From contig CAZOFV010000004.1 in NCBI GenBank assembly GCA_964579635.1, positions 817 to 64,816 of the forward strand: DNA of 64,000 bases, written 5' to 3'. Below, piece by piece: positions 29,063 to 39,150 of this stretch (positions are counted from its first letter, which is position 1; every line of letters begins with the position of its first letter). The position numbers and the translations under genes are program-made. This DNA comes from an uncultured Candidatus Saccharibacteria bacterium (GTDB lineage Bacteria > Patescibacteriota > Minisyncoccia > Phycocordibacterales > VMEP01). The notes under the pieces are model-generated. The model was not told the origin of the DNA. It searched no databases and saw only the letters and a program-made list of their open reading frames with translations.

Positions 29063-30187
29063 TTAGAAAGAAATTATCCCACCACCCACACAAACATCTT
29101 TTTTATACAAAACAAGAGACTGTCCGGCAGATACAAGCTTTTCTTCGTTAAACTTTATTTCTACTATTTTTTTTGATAAATCTATACCAACTAAAGAACA
29201 AGGGGATAATTTTTCCCGATACCTTGTCCGAGCATTAAGTTTTTCGCCAACCTTGATATTCGACTCAATAAAATTAAAATCTCTCAAACTAACAGTCTTA
29301 GACAAACCGCGACTTTTTTTGGGAAAAGGAGAAACGGTTACCGTATTATTTTTTAAGTTTTTAGAAACAACGTATTGTGGTGGTGTTTCTTTTGAATTTG
29401 TCTTTTTTGTTACAACAAAATTATGTCTCTCCCCTTCTGTAAGAAAAATTGCTCCACTGTGGTAACCAATTACCTCGCCATTTTCATTTAACAAATTACC
29501 TTTTTTTTCTTTTATATAATGCTTTAAGAAATCCTTAATATCTAATTTGCCAACAAAACAAAGACCTTGGCTGTCTTTCTTCTCCCAAGTTATCAAATTA
29601 TATTTCTTTGCGAGCGCACGAACTTCTGTTTTTTTATAAACCCCCACTGGAAATAAAATTTTAGGAAGTAATTCTTTTTTTATTGTCCAAAGAAAGTATG
29701 ATTGATCTTTTTCTTTATCAACCCCTGTAAGCATTTTATACACACCATCGATTTTTTTAACCTGAGCATAATGACCTGTTGCAATAAAGTCTGCTCCATT
29801 TTTTAACGCAAAATCTAAAAACGCACCAAACTTAACATGTTTATTACACATGACATCTGGATTTGGAGTACGACCATTTTTATATTCAGAAATCATATAA
29901 TCAATAACTTCTTTTTTATATTCTTTTTCTAGATCTAAAGTTAAAAATGGAATGTTGAGTTTGGCGGCAACACGCATCGCGTCTAATCTATCTTCTTTCC
30001 ATGTACAAGCAAAAAAATCCGGTTGCCAAACCTTTATAAAAACACCAACCACTTCATATCCTTCTTTTTTAAGTAGAGCTGCCGACACCGAAGAATCAAC
30101 TCCTCCAGACATGCCTAAAAACACTCTCTTGTGTTGTCCGCCGGTTCGCCTTACTGGAAGCACCTTAGAAACCCTTTCTTTTTTCAT
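29063..30187 (-). CDS. mnmA: tRNA-specific 2-thiouridylase
   Basis: SGGVDSS, TPNPDVMCN, ATGHYA, KDQSYFL, KDSQGLCF. Confidence 0.97.
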   Translation of the reverse strand: MKKERVSKVLPVRRTGGQHKRVFLGMSGGVDSSVSAALLKKEGYEVVGVFIKVWQPDFFACTWKEDRLDAMRVAAKLNIPFLTLDLEKEYKKEVIDYMISEYKNGRTPNPDVMCNKHVKFGAFLDFALKNGADFIATGHYAQVKKIDGVYKMLTGVDKEKDQSYFLWTIKKELLPKILFPVGVYKKTEVRALAKKYNLITWEKKDSQGLCFVGKLDIKDFLKHYIKEKKGNLLNENGEVIGYHSGAIFLTEGERHNFVVTKKTNSKETPPQYVVSKNLKNNTVTVSPFPKKSRGLSKTVSLRDFNFIESNIKVGEKLNARTRYREKLSPCSLVGIDLSKKIVEIKFNEEKLVSAGQSLVLYKKDVCVGGGIISF

Positions 30188-30222
30188 AACGCTATCCTAT
30201 CAGAGAAAACAAACGGGTAAAG

Positions 30223-30774
30223 TTACATATTTACAAGCTTCTGAAAAATCTCGTATGTAGCACGGGCATCAGATAAAGCTGAATGAGCACGCTTATTTTC
30301 TATCCCTAAATAATCACAAAGCGCCCTTAGAGAAAATTTTTCAACTTCTTTATGGTTATGTAATTTTGCGTAAGCGATAGAAATCGTATCAAGTTTATGA
30401 TAATGCATAGGATTTTGAATACCCGTTTCTTCAAAGGCCTTTTCTAAAAAAGCGAAATCAAAAGCAACATTATGCCCAACCATAATCGTATTTTTAACCT
30501 TTGTCGCTGTAGCTTCAATCGCTTCTTTTAAACCAATTGCAAAAATCCAGTCTTTCTCATCATATCCATTAATACTAAGTCCAACAGGATCAGCTGTTTC
30601 AATGTGTGTTGGTTTTATTTTATATTCAAACTCATCAATATATTCCAAGGTTAAAACTCCGCTCTCTGAGAATTTCTGTCGGGCCAAAACACAACCAATC
30701 TCTATGATTTCGTGTTTATTGGGCAAAAGCCCTGTTGTCTCTAAGTCAATAAATGCCAATATTTGATTTTTCAT
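30223..30774 (-). CDS. DEDDh 3'-5' exonuclease (DnaQ-like)
   Basis: DLETTG, GHNVAFD, HSALSDA. Confidence 0.92.
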   Translation of the reverse strand: MKNQILAFIDLETTGLLPNKHEIIEIGCVLARQKFSESGVLTLEYIDEFEYKIKPTHIETADPVGLSINGYDEKDWIFAIGLKEAIEATATKVKNTIMVGHNVAFDFAFLEKAFEETGIQNPMHYHKLDTISIAYAKLHNHKEVEKFSLRALCDYLGIENKRAHSALSDARATYEIFQKLVNM

Positions 30775-30801
30775 TCTTTAAATTATTTAACTTTCTGGTT
30801 T

Positions 30802-31779
30802 TTATAGATATAATTCCCGATTTCTTTTATGCTCTTCAAAATCCTTCCCGTAATAGACAGTACCATTTTTATCCGAAAGGTAGAAAAGATAGGGCGATTC
30901 TGTAGGATAAAGAGCTGCTGTTATTGAAGAAATTCCTGGATTTGAAATTGGTCCAACCGGTAAACCTCTATTCTGATAAGTGTTGTAAGGCGAATTACCC
31001 CTCAAATCGCTTCTTGTTAATTCATAGGTATTTCTACCAATTGAATATATAAAAGGTGCGTCAACTTGTAGTGCCATACCGATTTTAATTCTTTTCCACA
31101 AAATCCCAGAGATCATTTTTCTATCTTCCTCTTTCCTTGCCTCCTCTTCAATGATTGAAGCCATAATTATAATATCCCTAAAATCTTTGCCTAATTTTTC
31201 GGCTGAGCGTTTTAGTGTATCTGTTTTTACTTTAAAATTTTCTTCTAGCACCTTTGCCACATTTTCTGTTTTTGTGTTTGTGTAAAAAACATAAGTGTCT
31301 GGAAAAAGATAACCCTCCTTACCTTCCGTCAATTTCATAAACTCCTCGGCGTTAAATCTTGGAAGTTTTTTTTCTGCAATTTTTGCCATTTCCGCTATTG
31401 TTGAGCCTTCGGGAAAAGTTATTTTCACTGGTTCAAAACCAAAATCACCTTTTATAATCCTAAAAGACAAACTAACAACACTCGCTGGTTTCGGTAAAAA
31501 ATATTCCCCAACTTGCACACCACGTTCTCCACCAAGAATGTAGACAAATGCCTTAAATACAAATGGTGAACGAATCACATTTTCATTTTTCAAAAGATCA
31601 GCTGTTTCTGAAAGAGTAAGCCCTTCTTTTATCTCAATAGAGTGTTGTGCGGGAAAATTATATGGTGGGATTATATACACCCCCAAAAACACAAAAACAG
31701 AAAGTATGGCAACGGCTATCCATCTCCACCATTTACTAGATATCAATGAATAAAAAGCGTAATTTTTAAAAGGAATCAT
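30802..31779 (-). CDS. mltG: Endolytic transglycosylase MltG (YceG)
   Basis: EGYLFPDTY, MASIIEEE, SPYNTY..GLP.GPISNPG. Confidence 0.93.
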   Translation of the reverse strand: MIPFKNYAFYSLISSKWWRWIAVAILSVFVFLGVYIIPPYNFPAQHSIEIKEGLTLSETADLLKNENVIRSPFVFKAFVYILGGERGVQVGEYFLPKPASVVSLSFRIIKGDFGFEPVKITFPEGSTIAEMAKIAEKKLPRFNAEEFMKLTEGKEGYLFPDTYVFYTNTKTENVAKVLEENFKVKTDTLKRSAEKLGKDFRDIIIMASIIEEEARKEEDRKMISGILWKRIKIGMALQVDAPFIYSIGRNTYELTRSDLRGNSPYNTYQNRGLPVGPISNPGISSITAALYPTESPYLFYLSDKNGTVYYGKDFEEHKRNRELYL

Positions 31780-31785
31780 AGAAAA

Positions 31786-32964
31786 TTAAAACGGTAAATT
31801 TGCTGGTGGCTCTGAACGCTTAGAATCAACTCTTGCCAAAGTTGGTGTCTCGGCAACTCCGCTTGGAAAATGAAATATAGTGGCCAACTCTTCAACGTTT
31901 AATACAAATGGTTTACGCTTATATGGCTCGTAAAAATAAGCTCTAAGTCGATATGAATCAAACAGACTTTTCAAGATTGTCTTTTTGCGAATATCTCTAA
32001 AGTCATCCCATGGATAATCAAGCACAGTAAGCCCGTATCCTGGCTTAAACCCATTCATGTTATGTGATGAGTATTGTTTAAAGGTGCTCAAAAGCGCAGT
32101 AATATTTGCGGGGTTAAACTTCCCTTTTTCTGCAAAATATAAACCACGGATACCAACCTCAAAGGCCGGTTTTGAGATACTCCTTTCAATAGCATTAATA
32201 ACATCGGTCTCTCCTTTTGTTAATCTCGTTGTTACAGCCTTATCATCATCCTTATCGTCTCTGTGCATTAACTTTTTTATCAACTCTTTACCTTCAGCTT
32301 TCCAACCATCTCCTTTCGTTGCGCGCACAAGAATCTGAATCCATGTTTGCTCTCCCTTTCCCATAGAACCTAGAAACTCAAGCGTTGGAGCCATTGTCTC
32401 AATACGCTGTTTTTCGTCTACGTAGCCTTTATCCATTCCGTAATCAACATAAGTTTTTATTGGATATGGATCTGGTTGGGTAAGTGCAAATTCAGAACCC
32501 CAAAGAGATATCTCACTTTTATTATCCCAAGGCATATTTTCTGTGTAATCAGAAGCTTCACTAATTATCGCCTCTGGATATTGCGAGTACACATGTGCTT
32601 CAATAATATTTTTGTATTTTGAAAGACATCTAATGTATACGCGAATAGACCCCTCAACAGAAACGATCTCGAATGAAAACCAATCTGGAACACGGCCCTT
32701 CCAATACTGATCTAGTTTATTTCCAGAACTAGGTTGCTGAAGCCCATTTAAAACAAGCTCCATTGCCATTGGGGTTTTGAAAACCTCTTTCGGTAATCTA
32801 ACCTCAAGAAGTATCCATTTTAGTTTAGAAATCCAATCAGCTTGGATATACGCAATCCAAACTTTCCAAAAAACATAAACAAGAACTACCGGCAACCAAA
32901 AATTGGCGGTGTTGTTTATAAATTCAAATATAATTACCAGTATATAAAAAAGAAAATCTACCAT
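31786..32964 (-). CDS. Membrane-anchored hypothetical protein resembling the N-terminal partner domain of CPR VirB4/HerA-like ATPases
   Basis: N-terminal TM; FSFEIVS, YSQYP, YPIKTY, ELATIFHFP motifs; no Walker A. Confidence 0.55.
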   Translation of the reverse strand: MVDFLFYILVIIFEFINNTANFWLPVVLVYVFWKVWIAYIQADWISKLKWILLEVRLPKEVFKTPMAMELVLNGLQQPSSGNKLDQYWKGRVPDWFSFEIVSVEGSIRVYIRCLSKYKNIIEAHVYSQYPEAIISEASDYTENMPWDNKSEISLWGSEFALTQPDPYPIKTYVDYGMDKGYVDEKQRIETMAPTLEFLGSMGKGEQTWIQILVRATKGDGWKAEGKELIKKLMHRDDKDDDKAVTTRLTKGETDVINAIERSISKPAFEVGIRGLYFAEKGKFNPANITALLSTFKQYSSHNMNGFKPGYGLTVLDYPWDDFRDIRKKTILKSLFDSYRLRAYFYEPYKRKPFVLNVEELATIFHFPSGVAETPTLARVDSKRSEPPANLPF

Positions 32965-32998
32965 CTCCTATATCTTATCGCGAAATTAAATTAAGTGG

Positions 32999-33039
32999 TA
33001 GTAAAAAAGCGGGTCACTATATGACCCGCTTTTTTACTA
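32999..33039. terminator. Intrinsic terminator
   Basis: tagtaaaaaagcgggtca-ctata-tgacccgcttttttacta perfect inverted repeat. Confidence 0.85.
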
Positions 33040-33051
33040 TAGTTTTTTAGA

Positions 33052-34080
33052 TTAAACAGCTGTGTACAAACCGTTCTTGTTCTTCTTAAAGTTATTAGTA
33101 TTTTGAAGGTTAACCAAGACTGTATTTTCCTTAACATACCTTTCTTTCATAACTCTTTTCAATATGTCTTCTTTACTCATTGGACCCTCTTTCTTCAAAA
33201 GTTCTTTTATAACGTCGCGGACAACCCCTTTGTTGTAGCCCCACTCAGATAGTGCATATAAACCACGGCCAACTAAAACAAAGCGTTTGTCTTTTATAAG
33301 CTCATTGTGACAAGTAGCAACATGCGCTGGTTTTTTAAAAGAAGCAGTAATTGCTTTTGCAACTTCAGAGAAGTGCATTGGAGAGCCGTGTCTACGCAAA
33401 ACTAAATATGCATAATCTCTCATTCCGCGCGCTCTAATGTTTGAAGAAGATGAACGACCCCATTCTCCGAAAGGATTACGGTCTATTAATTTAGAAAGTT
33501 TTAACCATCGCTTTAAAATCTCTTCATCGCGATATTTTTCTGAAACATCTTTAAGGTGAGAAAGAAAACGTGTAACCAATTCACCCTCCGGAACTATTTC
33601 CTCATCACTTAATCCTTCATAAAGTTTTTTTAATGAAGCGTGAACTTTCTCAGACATATCGGAATCAATACTCCATCGGTGTTTAAAATGATTATCTTCT
33701 TTTGAGCGAACAAAGGCATCACCTAAAACTAGAAAAAAGTTAATATGATTTTGTGTTGCTTTGTCTTCCGAGAAATGGCTAAGCAATTCATCCTCTGAAA
33801 CAACGGCACCTAGTGCCTCTATAGCGGAAAAGAGGTTCTCAAAAGCTTCCTTTTCTTTCGCAAAAACCTCTGACTTCTTAATAGCTTGAATAGAAAAATT
33901 TTCAATTTGTCTGACGCGTTCACGGGTAATACCATACTTCTTCCCAATAGCATCAAGGGTCTTAGCCTCGCTTGATTCTCCCAAGCCAAAACGATTAACG
34001 ATAACGTCAAAATTACGCTCTGGAAGAACGGTCAAAAGCTTTTTAGCTACCTGTTTTGGCTTAAAATTGATTTGTGACAT
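33052..34080 (-). CDS. Sigma70 region-4 HTH plus C-terminal winged HTH (RNAP delta/HARE-HTH-like) protein
   Basis: RFGL...TLDAIGKKYGITRERVRQIE; HNELIKDKRFVLVGRGLYALSEW. Confidence 0.75.
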   Translation of the reverse strand: MSQINFKPKQVAKKLLTVLPERNFDVIVNRFGLGESSEAKTLDAIGKKYGITRERVRQIENFSIQAIKKSEVFAKEKEAFENLFSAIEALGAVVSEDELLSHFSEDKATQNHINFFLVLGDAFVRSKEDNHFKHRWSIDSDMSEKVHASLKKLYEGLSDEEIVPEGELVTRFLSHLKDVSEKYRDEEILKRWLKLSKLIDRNPFGEWGRSSSSNIRARGMRDYAYLVLRRHGSPMHFSEVAKAITASFKKPAHVATCHNELIKDKRFVLVGRGLYALSEWGYNKGVVRDVIKELLKKEGPMSKEDILKRVMKERYVKENTVLVNLQNTNNFKKNKNGLYTAV

Positions 34081-34167
34081 TTTGTTTTTTTCTTAGAAAT
34101 TACCGACGAACTACTTATGTGTTCTAATTTCTATCATTTATTACAGTAAAGGTCAAGGGGGCGGAAT

Positions 34168-37002
34168 TTATTCCAAAACAATACTAAACATTCTTCCTTT
34201 TATATATATTGTTTTCTTAATTTTCTTATCCAAAATCCACGATTTAACACGGGGAGAATTCATAACCGCTTCCTTAATTTGATCCTCTGAAACATTGCTT
34301 AAAAACTCGAGTGTCTCTCTCAATTTTCCGTTAATTTGCACCGCAATTACAATCTTCCCTCCAGTTAATTTAGACTCGTCGTAGGTTGGCCAAACAGCCT
34401 TATTCATTGATTTTTCGTTACCAATTATTTCCCACAACTCTTCGGTAAAATGTGGGGCAAATGGTGACAAAAGAAGCAATAATTCATTAAACGATTTACG
34501 AGAAATATTTTTTTCAGACTCAAGAGTGCTCACCAAAATCATCATTTGGCTTATCGCGGTGTTGAACTTAAATTCCTCAACATCTTCTCCAACCTTTTTT
34601 ATAGTCTGATTTAAAACCATTATCGCATTATCACTTTCGGTATAATTTTCATCACTTGAAATTTTTTCTTGTAACTTCCAAATTCTTTCCAAAAATCTGC
34701 GTGGGCCAATTATCGATTTTGTATCCCATGCGCTAGCTTGACTGAAAGGCCCCATAAACATTTCGTAAATTCGAAGTGTGTCGGCTCCATATAATTCAAC
34801 TATCTCATCAGGATTAACTATATTCCCTAAACGTTTAGACATCTTTACTCCACCACCAGCCAAAATAAGACCCACACTTTCAAGGCGCATGAATGGCTCC
34901 TTTGTTGAAACTATTCCCAAGTCATACAAAAACTTATGCCAGAAGCGGGCATAAATAAGATGCCGTGTCGCATGTTCTGCTCCACCAACATAAACATCAA
35001 CAGGAGACCAATTTTTTTCTTTCTTCTCGTCTATTAAAGCTTTGTCGTTTTTAGGATCGATAAATCTTAAATAATACCAAGATGAACCCGCCCACTGGGG
35101 CATCGTGTTTGTCTCACGCTTAGCGGTTCCTCCACATTTTGGACACTTTGTATTTACCCATTCAGGAATATCGGCAAGTGGTGATTCCCCTGTTCCTGTT
35201 GGTTCATATGCCTTAACATTTGGCAAAACAACCGGCAGATCCTTTTCTGGCACGGGTACAACTCCACAACTTTCACAGTGAATAATTGGAATTGGTTCAC
35301 CCCAATATCTCTGGCGAGAAAAAACCCAATCACGAAGCTTGTATGTGGTTTTAATTTTTCCACTAACAAATTTAGTTATTTTTATTTTTGCCTCTTCGGA
35401 AGACAGGCCACTAAAATCAGATGATTCAGCGAGAATTCCATTTCCTGTATATATTTTATTTTTTACAAACTTTTGAAACACGTATTGATGTAGCGGATCA
35501 CTCACTTTTTTCTCAGCCTCCTCTTCTGTTATCCACTCCACCTTAAACTTACCCTTTTCAGATTCGTCTTGTGATGTTGATTCTTGTTTATTCCCAGTTA
35601 ATTCGAAGTACAAACCAATAGCATCAATATTCCTTGCCACCCCTTTTGAGTGTGCAAAGTAGTGATGATGAATTGTCTCTGAGGTTCCAACTAAACGGAT
35701 TTCACTATAACCTGTCTCTTCTTTTATTTCCCTAATTGCCGTGCTCTCCGCATCTTCCCCTTCTTCAATTCCACCGCCAATAAATAATTGCCCGCCAAGT
35801 TTTTCGCCCCAATTAAGAGATAGGATTTTCCCATTTTTTGGGTCTCTAACTATCGCAACAATACTTTTTCTTTTTTCTTCGTTTTCCTTAATTTCCCCGG
35901 TCACTGGTTCAATGACCACCTTAATCGGTAAATTAAATTTTTTAGCAAATTCATAATCTCTGTCATCGTGTGCTGGCACTGCCATAATTGCCCCGGTGCC
36001 GTAATGAGCTAAAACATAATCTGCAATAAAAACTGGAAGCTTGTCTCCATTTGCTGGATTAATTGCAAAAATTCCCTCTAACTTAACACCCGTCTTTTCT
36101 TTTCCTTCAGAAGTTCGTTCAATCTCTGTTTTTGCTCCTGATTCTTCAATATATTTTTCAACCTCGTCCCAATTTTCAATCTTTGATTTTAAATCTTTAA
36201 TTAATTCGTGTTCTGGAGAAAGCACGGTGTATGTTGCGCCAAAAAGAGTATCTGCGCGCGTCGTAAACACTGTAAATTTTTTATCTATTCCATCTATCTG
36301 AAAATTTATTTCTGAACCTTCGCTTTTACCTATCCAATTTCTTTCCGCTTCTTTAAATGATTCCGGCCAATCTTTCAAGATCTCCAAATCCTCAACCAAC
36401 CTATCTGCGTATTCGGTAATTTTAATAACCCACTGTCTCATTGGTTTTTTTTCTGCTACGGTTCCACATATTTCGCAAGCGTTACCCTCCAAATCCTCGT
36501 TAGACAATCCAGTCTGACAAGTTGGGCACCAAACTATCGGTTGATAGGACTCGTAAGCTAAACCTTTTTCATACATTTTAAGAAACATCCATTGTGTCCA
36601 TTTATAAAACTTCGGATCAGTAGTATCAATTTCTCTTTCCCAATCATAAGAAAAACCAACCGATTTCATTTGCCGTTTAAAATTAGCGACGTTATTATCA
36701 ACCGCCACACGAGGATGAATTTTATGTTTTATTGCAAAACGCTCCGCTGGTAAACCGAAAGCGTCCCATCCTGTTGGATGAAGAACGCGAAAACCGTTCA
36801 TTCTTTTATAACGTGCGTAAATATCACTCGCCGTATAAACCTTAACGTGTCCAGTATGAAGACCCTCTCCTGATGGATATGGGAACATATCCAAAATATA
36901 AGATTTTGGTTTATTTAAATTTTCGTCTGTGGCAAAGGTATTTTCTTCCTCCCATTTTTTTTGCCACTTTTTTTCTATTTTTCGATGGTCGTATTGCTCC
37001 AT
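34168..37002 (-). CDS. leuS: Leucine-tRNA ligase with inserted Nudix domain
   Basis: MFPYPSGEGLHTGH, FTTRADT, GTGAIMAVPAHD, SRQRYWGEPIP, KMSKR; Nudix box GGIEEGEDAESTAIREIKEETGY. Confidence 0.97.
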   Translation of the reverse strand: MEQYDHRKIEKKWQKKWEEENTFATDENLNKPKSYILDMFPYPSGEGLHTGHVKVYTASDIYARYKRMNGFRVLHPTGWDAFGLPAERFAIKHKIHPRVAVDNNVANFKRQMKSVGFSYDWEREIDTTDPKFYKWTQWMFLKMYEKGLAYESYQPIVWCPTCQTGLSNEDLEGNACEICGTVAEKKPMRQWVIKITEYADRLVEDLEILKDWPESFKEAERNWIGKSEGSEINFQIDGIDKKFTVFTTRADTLFGATYTVLSPEHELIKDLKSKIENWDEVEKYIEESGAKTEIERTSEGKEKTGVKLEGIFAINPANGDKLPVFIADYVLAHYGTGAIMAVPAHDDRDYEFAKKFNLPIKVVIEPVTGEIKENEEKRKSIVAIVRDPKNGKILSLNWGEKLGGQLFIGGGIEEGEDAESTAIREIKEETGYSEIRLVGTSETIHHHYFAHSKGVARNIDAIGLYFELTGNKQESTSQDESEKGKFKVEWITEEEAEKKVSDPLHQYVFQKFVKNKIYTGNGILAESSDFSGLSSEEAKIKITKFVSGKIKTTYKLRDWVFSRQRYWGEPIPIIHCESCGVVPVPEKDLPVVLPNVKAYEPTGTGESPLADIPEWVNTKCPKCGGTAKRETNTMPQWAGSSWYYLRFIDPKNDKALIDEKKEKNWSPVDVYVGGAEHATRHLIYARFWHKFLYDLGIVSTKEPFMRLESVGLILAGGGVKMSKRLGNIVNPDEIVELYGADTLRIYEMFMGPFSQASAWDTKSIIGPRRFLERIWKLQEKISSDENYTESDNAIMVLNQTIKKVGEDVEEFKFNTAISQMMILVSTLESEKNISRKSFNELLLLLSPFAPHFTEELWEIIGNEKSMNKAVWPTYDESKLTGGKIVIAVQINGKLRETLEFLSNVSEDQIKEAVMNSPRVKSWILDKKIKKTIYIKGRMFSIVLE

Positions 37003-37097
37003 AATTTTAATTACGTATTCTCATCATAATGTTCGAAAACACCCTTGTAAAGCATCATTTTTTGTACTTTTTGTTTTCGTGAGTATAATGCGCAGAA

Positions 37098-37562
37098 ATG
37101 AACAAGTTTAAAGAATTACTAGAAAAATATTCAATGAAGATTACCGAGGGAATCGGCTCAGTTCCTTCGCTTCTTATTCATACCTTATTTTTTATTAGTA
37201 TTTTTACTCTTGCCTTGCTTGGAGTATCTTTTGACAAAATAATGCTCGTTCTAACAACTATCGTTTCTCTTGAAGCAATTTATCTTTCAATCTTCATTCA
37301 GCTGACGATAAACCGCACAACCGCACAGTTGCATGCCGTCGAGAAAGACATTGAGGAAATCTCTGAAGACATCGAGGAAATTCAAGAGGATGTCGAGGAA
37401 ATCCAGGAAGACGTTGAAGACATCCAAGAAGATGTTGAGGATATTCAAGAAGATGAAACCGAAGAAGAAAAGAAGGACCGCGAAGATAAGAAGCTGTTGT
37501 CTAATATTGAAAACCAACTGATGACTATTGTCCGAGAAATTGAAGAACTAAAAAAGAAATAA
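37098..37562 (+). CDS. DUF1003-like membrane protein with acidic heptad-repeat tail
   Basis: LTTIVSLEAIYLSIFIQ; (EDIEEIQ)n repeats. Confidence 0.75.
   Translation: MNKFKELLEKYSMKITEGIGSVPSLLIHTLFFISIFTLALLGVSFDKIMLVLTTIVSLEAIYLSIFIQLTINRTTAQLHAVEKDIEEISEDIEEIQEDVEEIQEDVEDIQEDVEDIQEDETEEEKKDREDKKLLSNIENQLMTIVREIEELKKK
37344..37454 (+). repeat. Degenerate 21-bp tandem repeat (about 5 units)
   Basis: Encodes KDIEEIS-EDIEEIQ-EDVEEIQ-EDVEDIQ-EDVEDIQ. Confidence 0.85.
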
Positions 37563-37568
37563 ATTTTC

Positions 37569-38669
37569 CTAAATTCTAAACTCAATCACATCCCCGTCTT
37601 TGACGATATATTCTTTTCCTTCAATACGAACGAGTCCTTTTGATCGCGCTTCGGCGTACGAACCAGATGACAGTAGATCATCACAATAAACAACTTCAGC
37701 GCGAATAAACTTATCCTTAAAATCATTATGAATCGCAGTACCCGCTTCTGGCGCAGTTGAGTTTTTGGGAATTGTCCAAGCCCTCGTCTCGTCTTCTCCT
37801 GTTGTAAAATATGTAATTAATCCAAGCATCTCATACCCAGCGCGAATTAAATCTTTAATACCATCATCTTTTGCGCCAAGTTCTTCTCTTAAATTATTTT
37901 TTTCTTCACCGTCAAATGATTTAAGCTCGTCTTCAATTTTTGCATCAACAATAACAAAGCTTCTATTTCCATCTTTTAAAAACTTCATTAGGGCAACAAA
38001 GCGCTCATCCTCTGGTGACTCATCAAGATTTTTACCTCCAGCTTTTTTGTTTAAAACATAAAGAAACTGTTTCGAAGTAATCAAATGGATACTTCTTACA
38101 ACCGCAATCTCTTCTGTTGAAAGGATAATTTCTGAGGCAATCTTTCCCTCCAAAAGAGCAACTTTTACTTTCTCAAGAACACCTTTTTCGAATATTGCGA
38201 TTTTATCACCCTTTTTAACATCGCGTTCAATATTTATTAACCTCTTTGAAACCGTGTCTAAATCAGCAAGAGCAAGTTCTGTGTTTATCGTTTCAATATC
38301 ACGAAGGGGATTTATTCCCCCATCAACATGAATAACATTATCATCCTCAAAAATCCGCACGACTTCCGCAATCGCATTTGTTTCTCTGATATGAGAAAGA
38401 AATTTATTTCCAAGACCTTCGCCGTCTGCCGCACCCTTAACGAGACCGGCAATATCAACAAACTGAACGACTGCCGGAATTGTCTTTGCTGAATGAGATA
38501 AATTACTCAATTTTTCCAATCTTTCATCAGGCACAGAAACAACCCCGACAGACGGATCAATCGTACAAAATGGATAATTCTCAGCCGGTACTGAATTTTT
38601 AGTGAGTGCATTAAAAAGCGTCGATTTGCCGACGTTTGGAAGACCCACGATTCCTATAGATAAATTCAT
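37569..38669 (-). CDS. ychF: Ribosome-binding ATPase YchF
   Basis: GIVGLPNVGKST, NYPFCTI, DIAGLV, EGKEYIVKDGDV. Confidence 0.97.
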   Translation of the reverse strand: MNLSIGIVGLPNVGKSTLFNALTKNSVPAENYPFCTIDPSVGVVSVPDERLEKLSNLSHSAKTIPAVVQFVDIAGLVKGAADGEGLGNKFLSHIRETNAIAEVVRIFEDDNVIHVDGGINPLRDIETINTELALADLDTVSKRLINIERDVKKGDKIAIFEKGVLEKVKVALLEGKIASEIILSTEEIAVVRSIHLITSKQFLYVLNKKAGGKNLDESPEDERFVALMKFLKDGNRSFVIVDAKIEDELKSFDGEEKNNLREELGAKDDGIKDLIRAGYEMLGLITYFTTGEDETRAWTIPKNSTAPEAGTAIHNDFKDKFIRAEVVYCDDLLSSGSYAEARSKGLVRIEGKEYIVKDGDVIEFRI

Positions 38670-38762
38670 TCTGTAAAGATATATTAAAAAATAGCTGGTG
38701 TAAAATCTGCAAATAATTTAAAACGTGCGTTATTTAATTATGAAAGATATAATTATAATTAT

Positions 38763-39143
38763 ATGTTGAACTTAAAATCATCGCAGAAAAGTGTACTTAT
38801 CTCTATAGTATTAATTCTTATCATAACAACACTTGAGTTTCCGGCCCCAATTGGCTTTGAAACAAGACCACAAGACAACGTCTCGCTATATTGGTTGGCA
38901 TATTTCTTAATTATCTTAATTTCCGAAATAGCAACAATTCCATTAATTTATAAACGCCCAAAAATTGGTGCAGTTATTGGAATATTCGCCGGAATTTTAA
39001 ATGTACTTTTTGTCATCGCCGACCTTGCTCATTTACTTCAACCCGAAGTTGCAACCCTCGGTTATTCCTTACTTGAAATAGCGGGGGCTATTGCTTCTAT
39101 TTCCCTAGTGTATTTCTCGCAAAAAGTATATGTAAATTCGTAA
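38763..39143 (+). CDS. Hypothetical 4-TM membrane protein
   Basis: 126-aa ORF with four hydrophobic helices. Confidence 0.65.
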   Translation: MLNLKSSQKSVLISIVLILIITTLEFPAPIGFETRPQDNVSLYWLAYFLIILISEIATIPLIYKRPKIGAVIGIFAGILNVLFVIADLAHLLQPEVATLGYSLLEIAGAIASISLVYFSQKVYVNS

Positions 39144-39150
39144 TTAAAAT

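Noticed and set aside
37344-37454. Periodic repeat as a possible CRISPR array
   Set aside because: 21-bp in-frame coding repeats with no spacers and no cas genes
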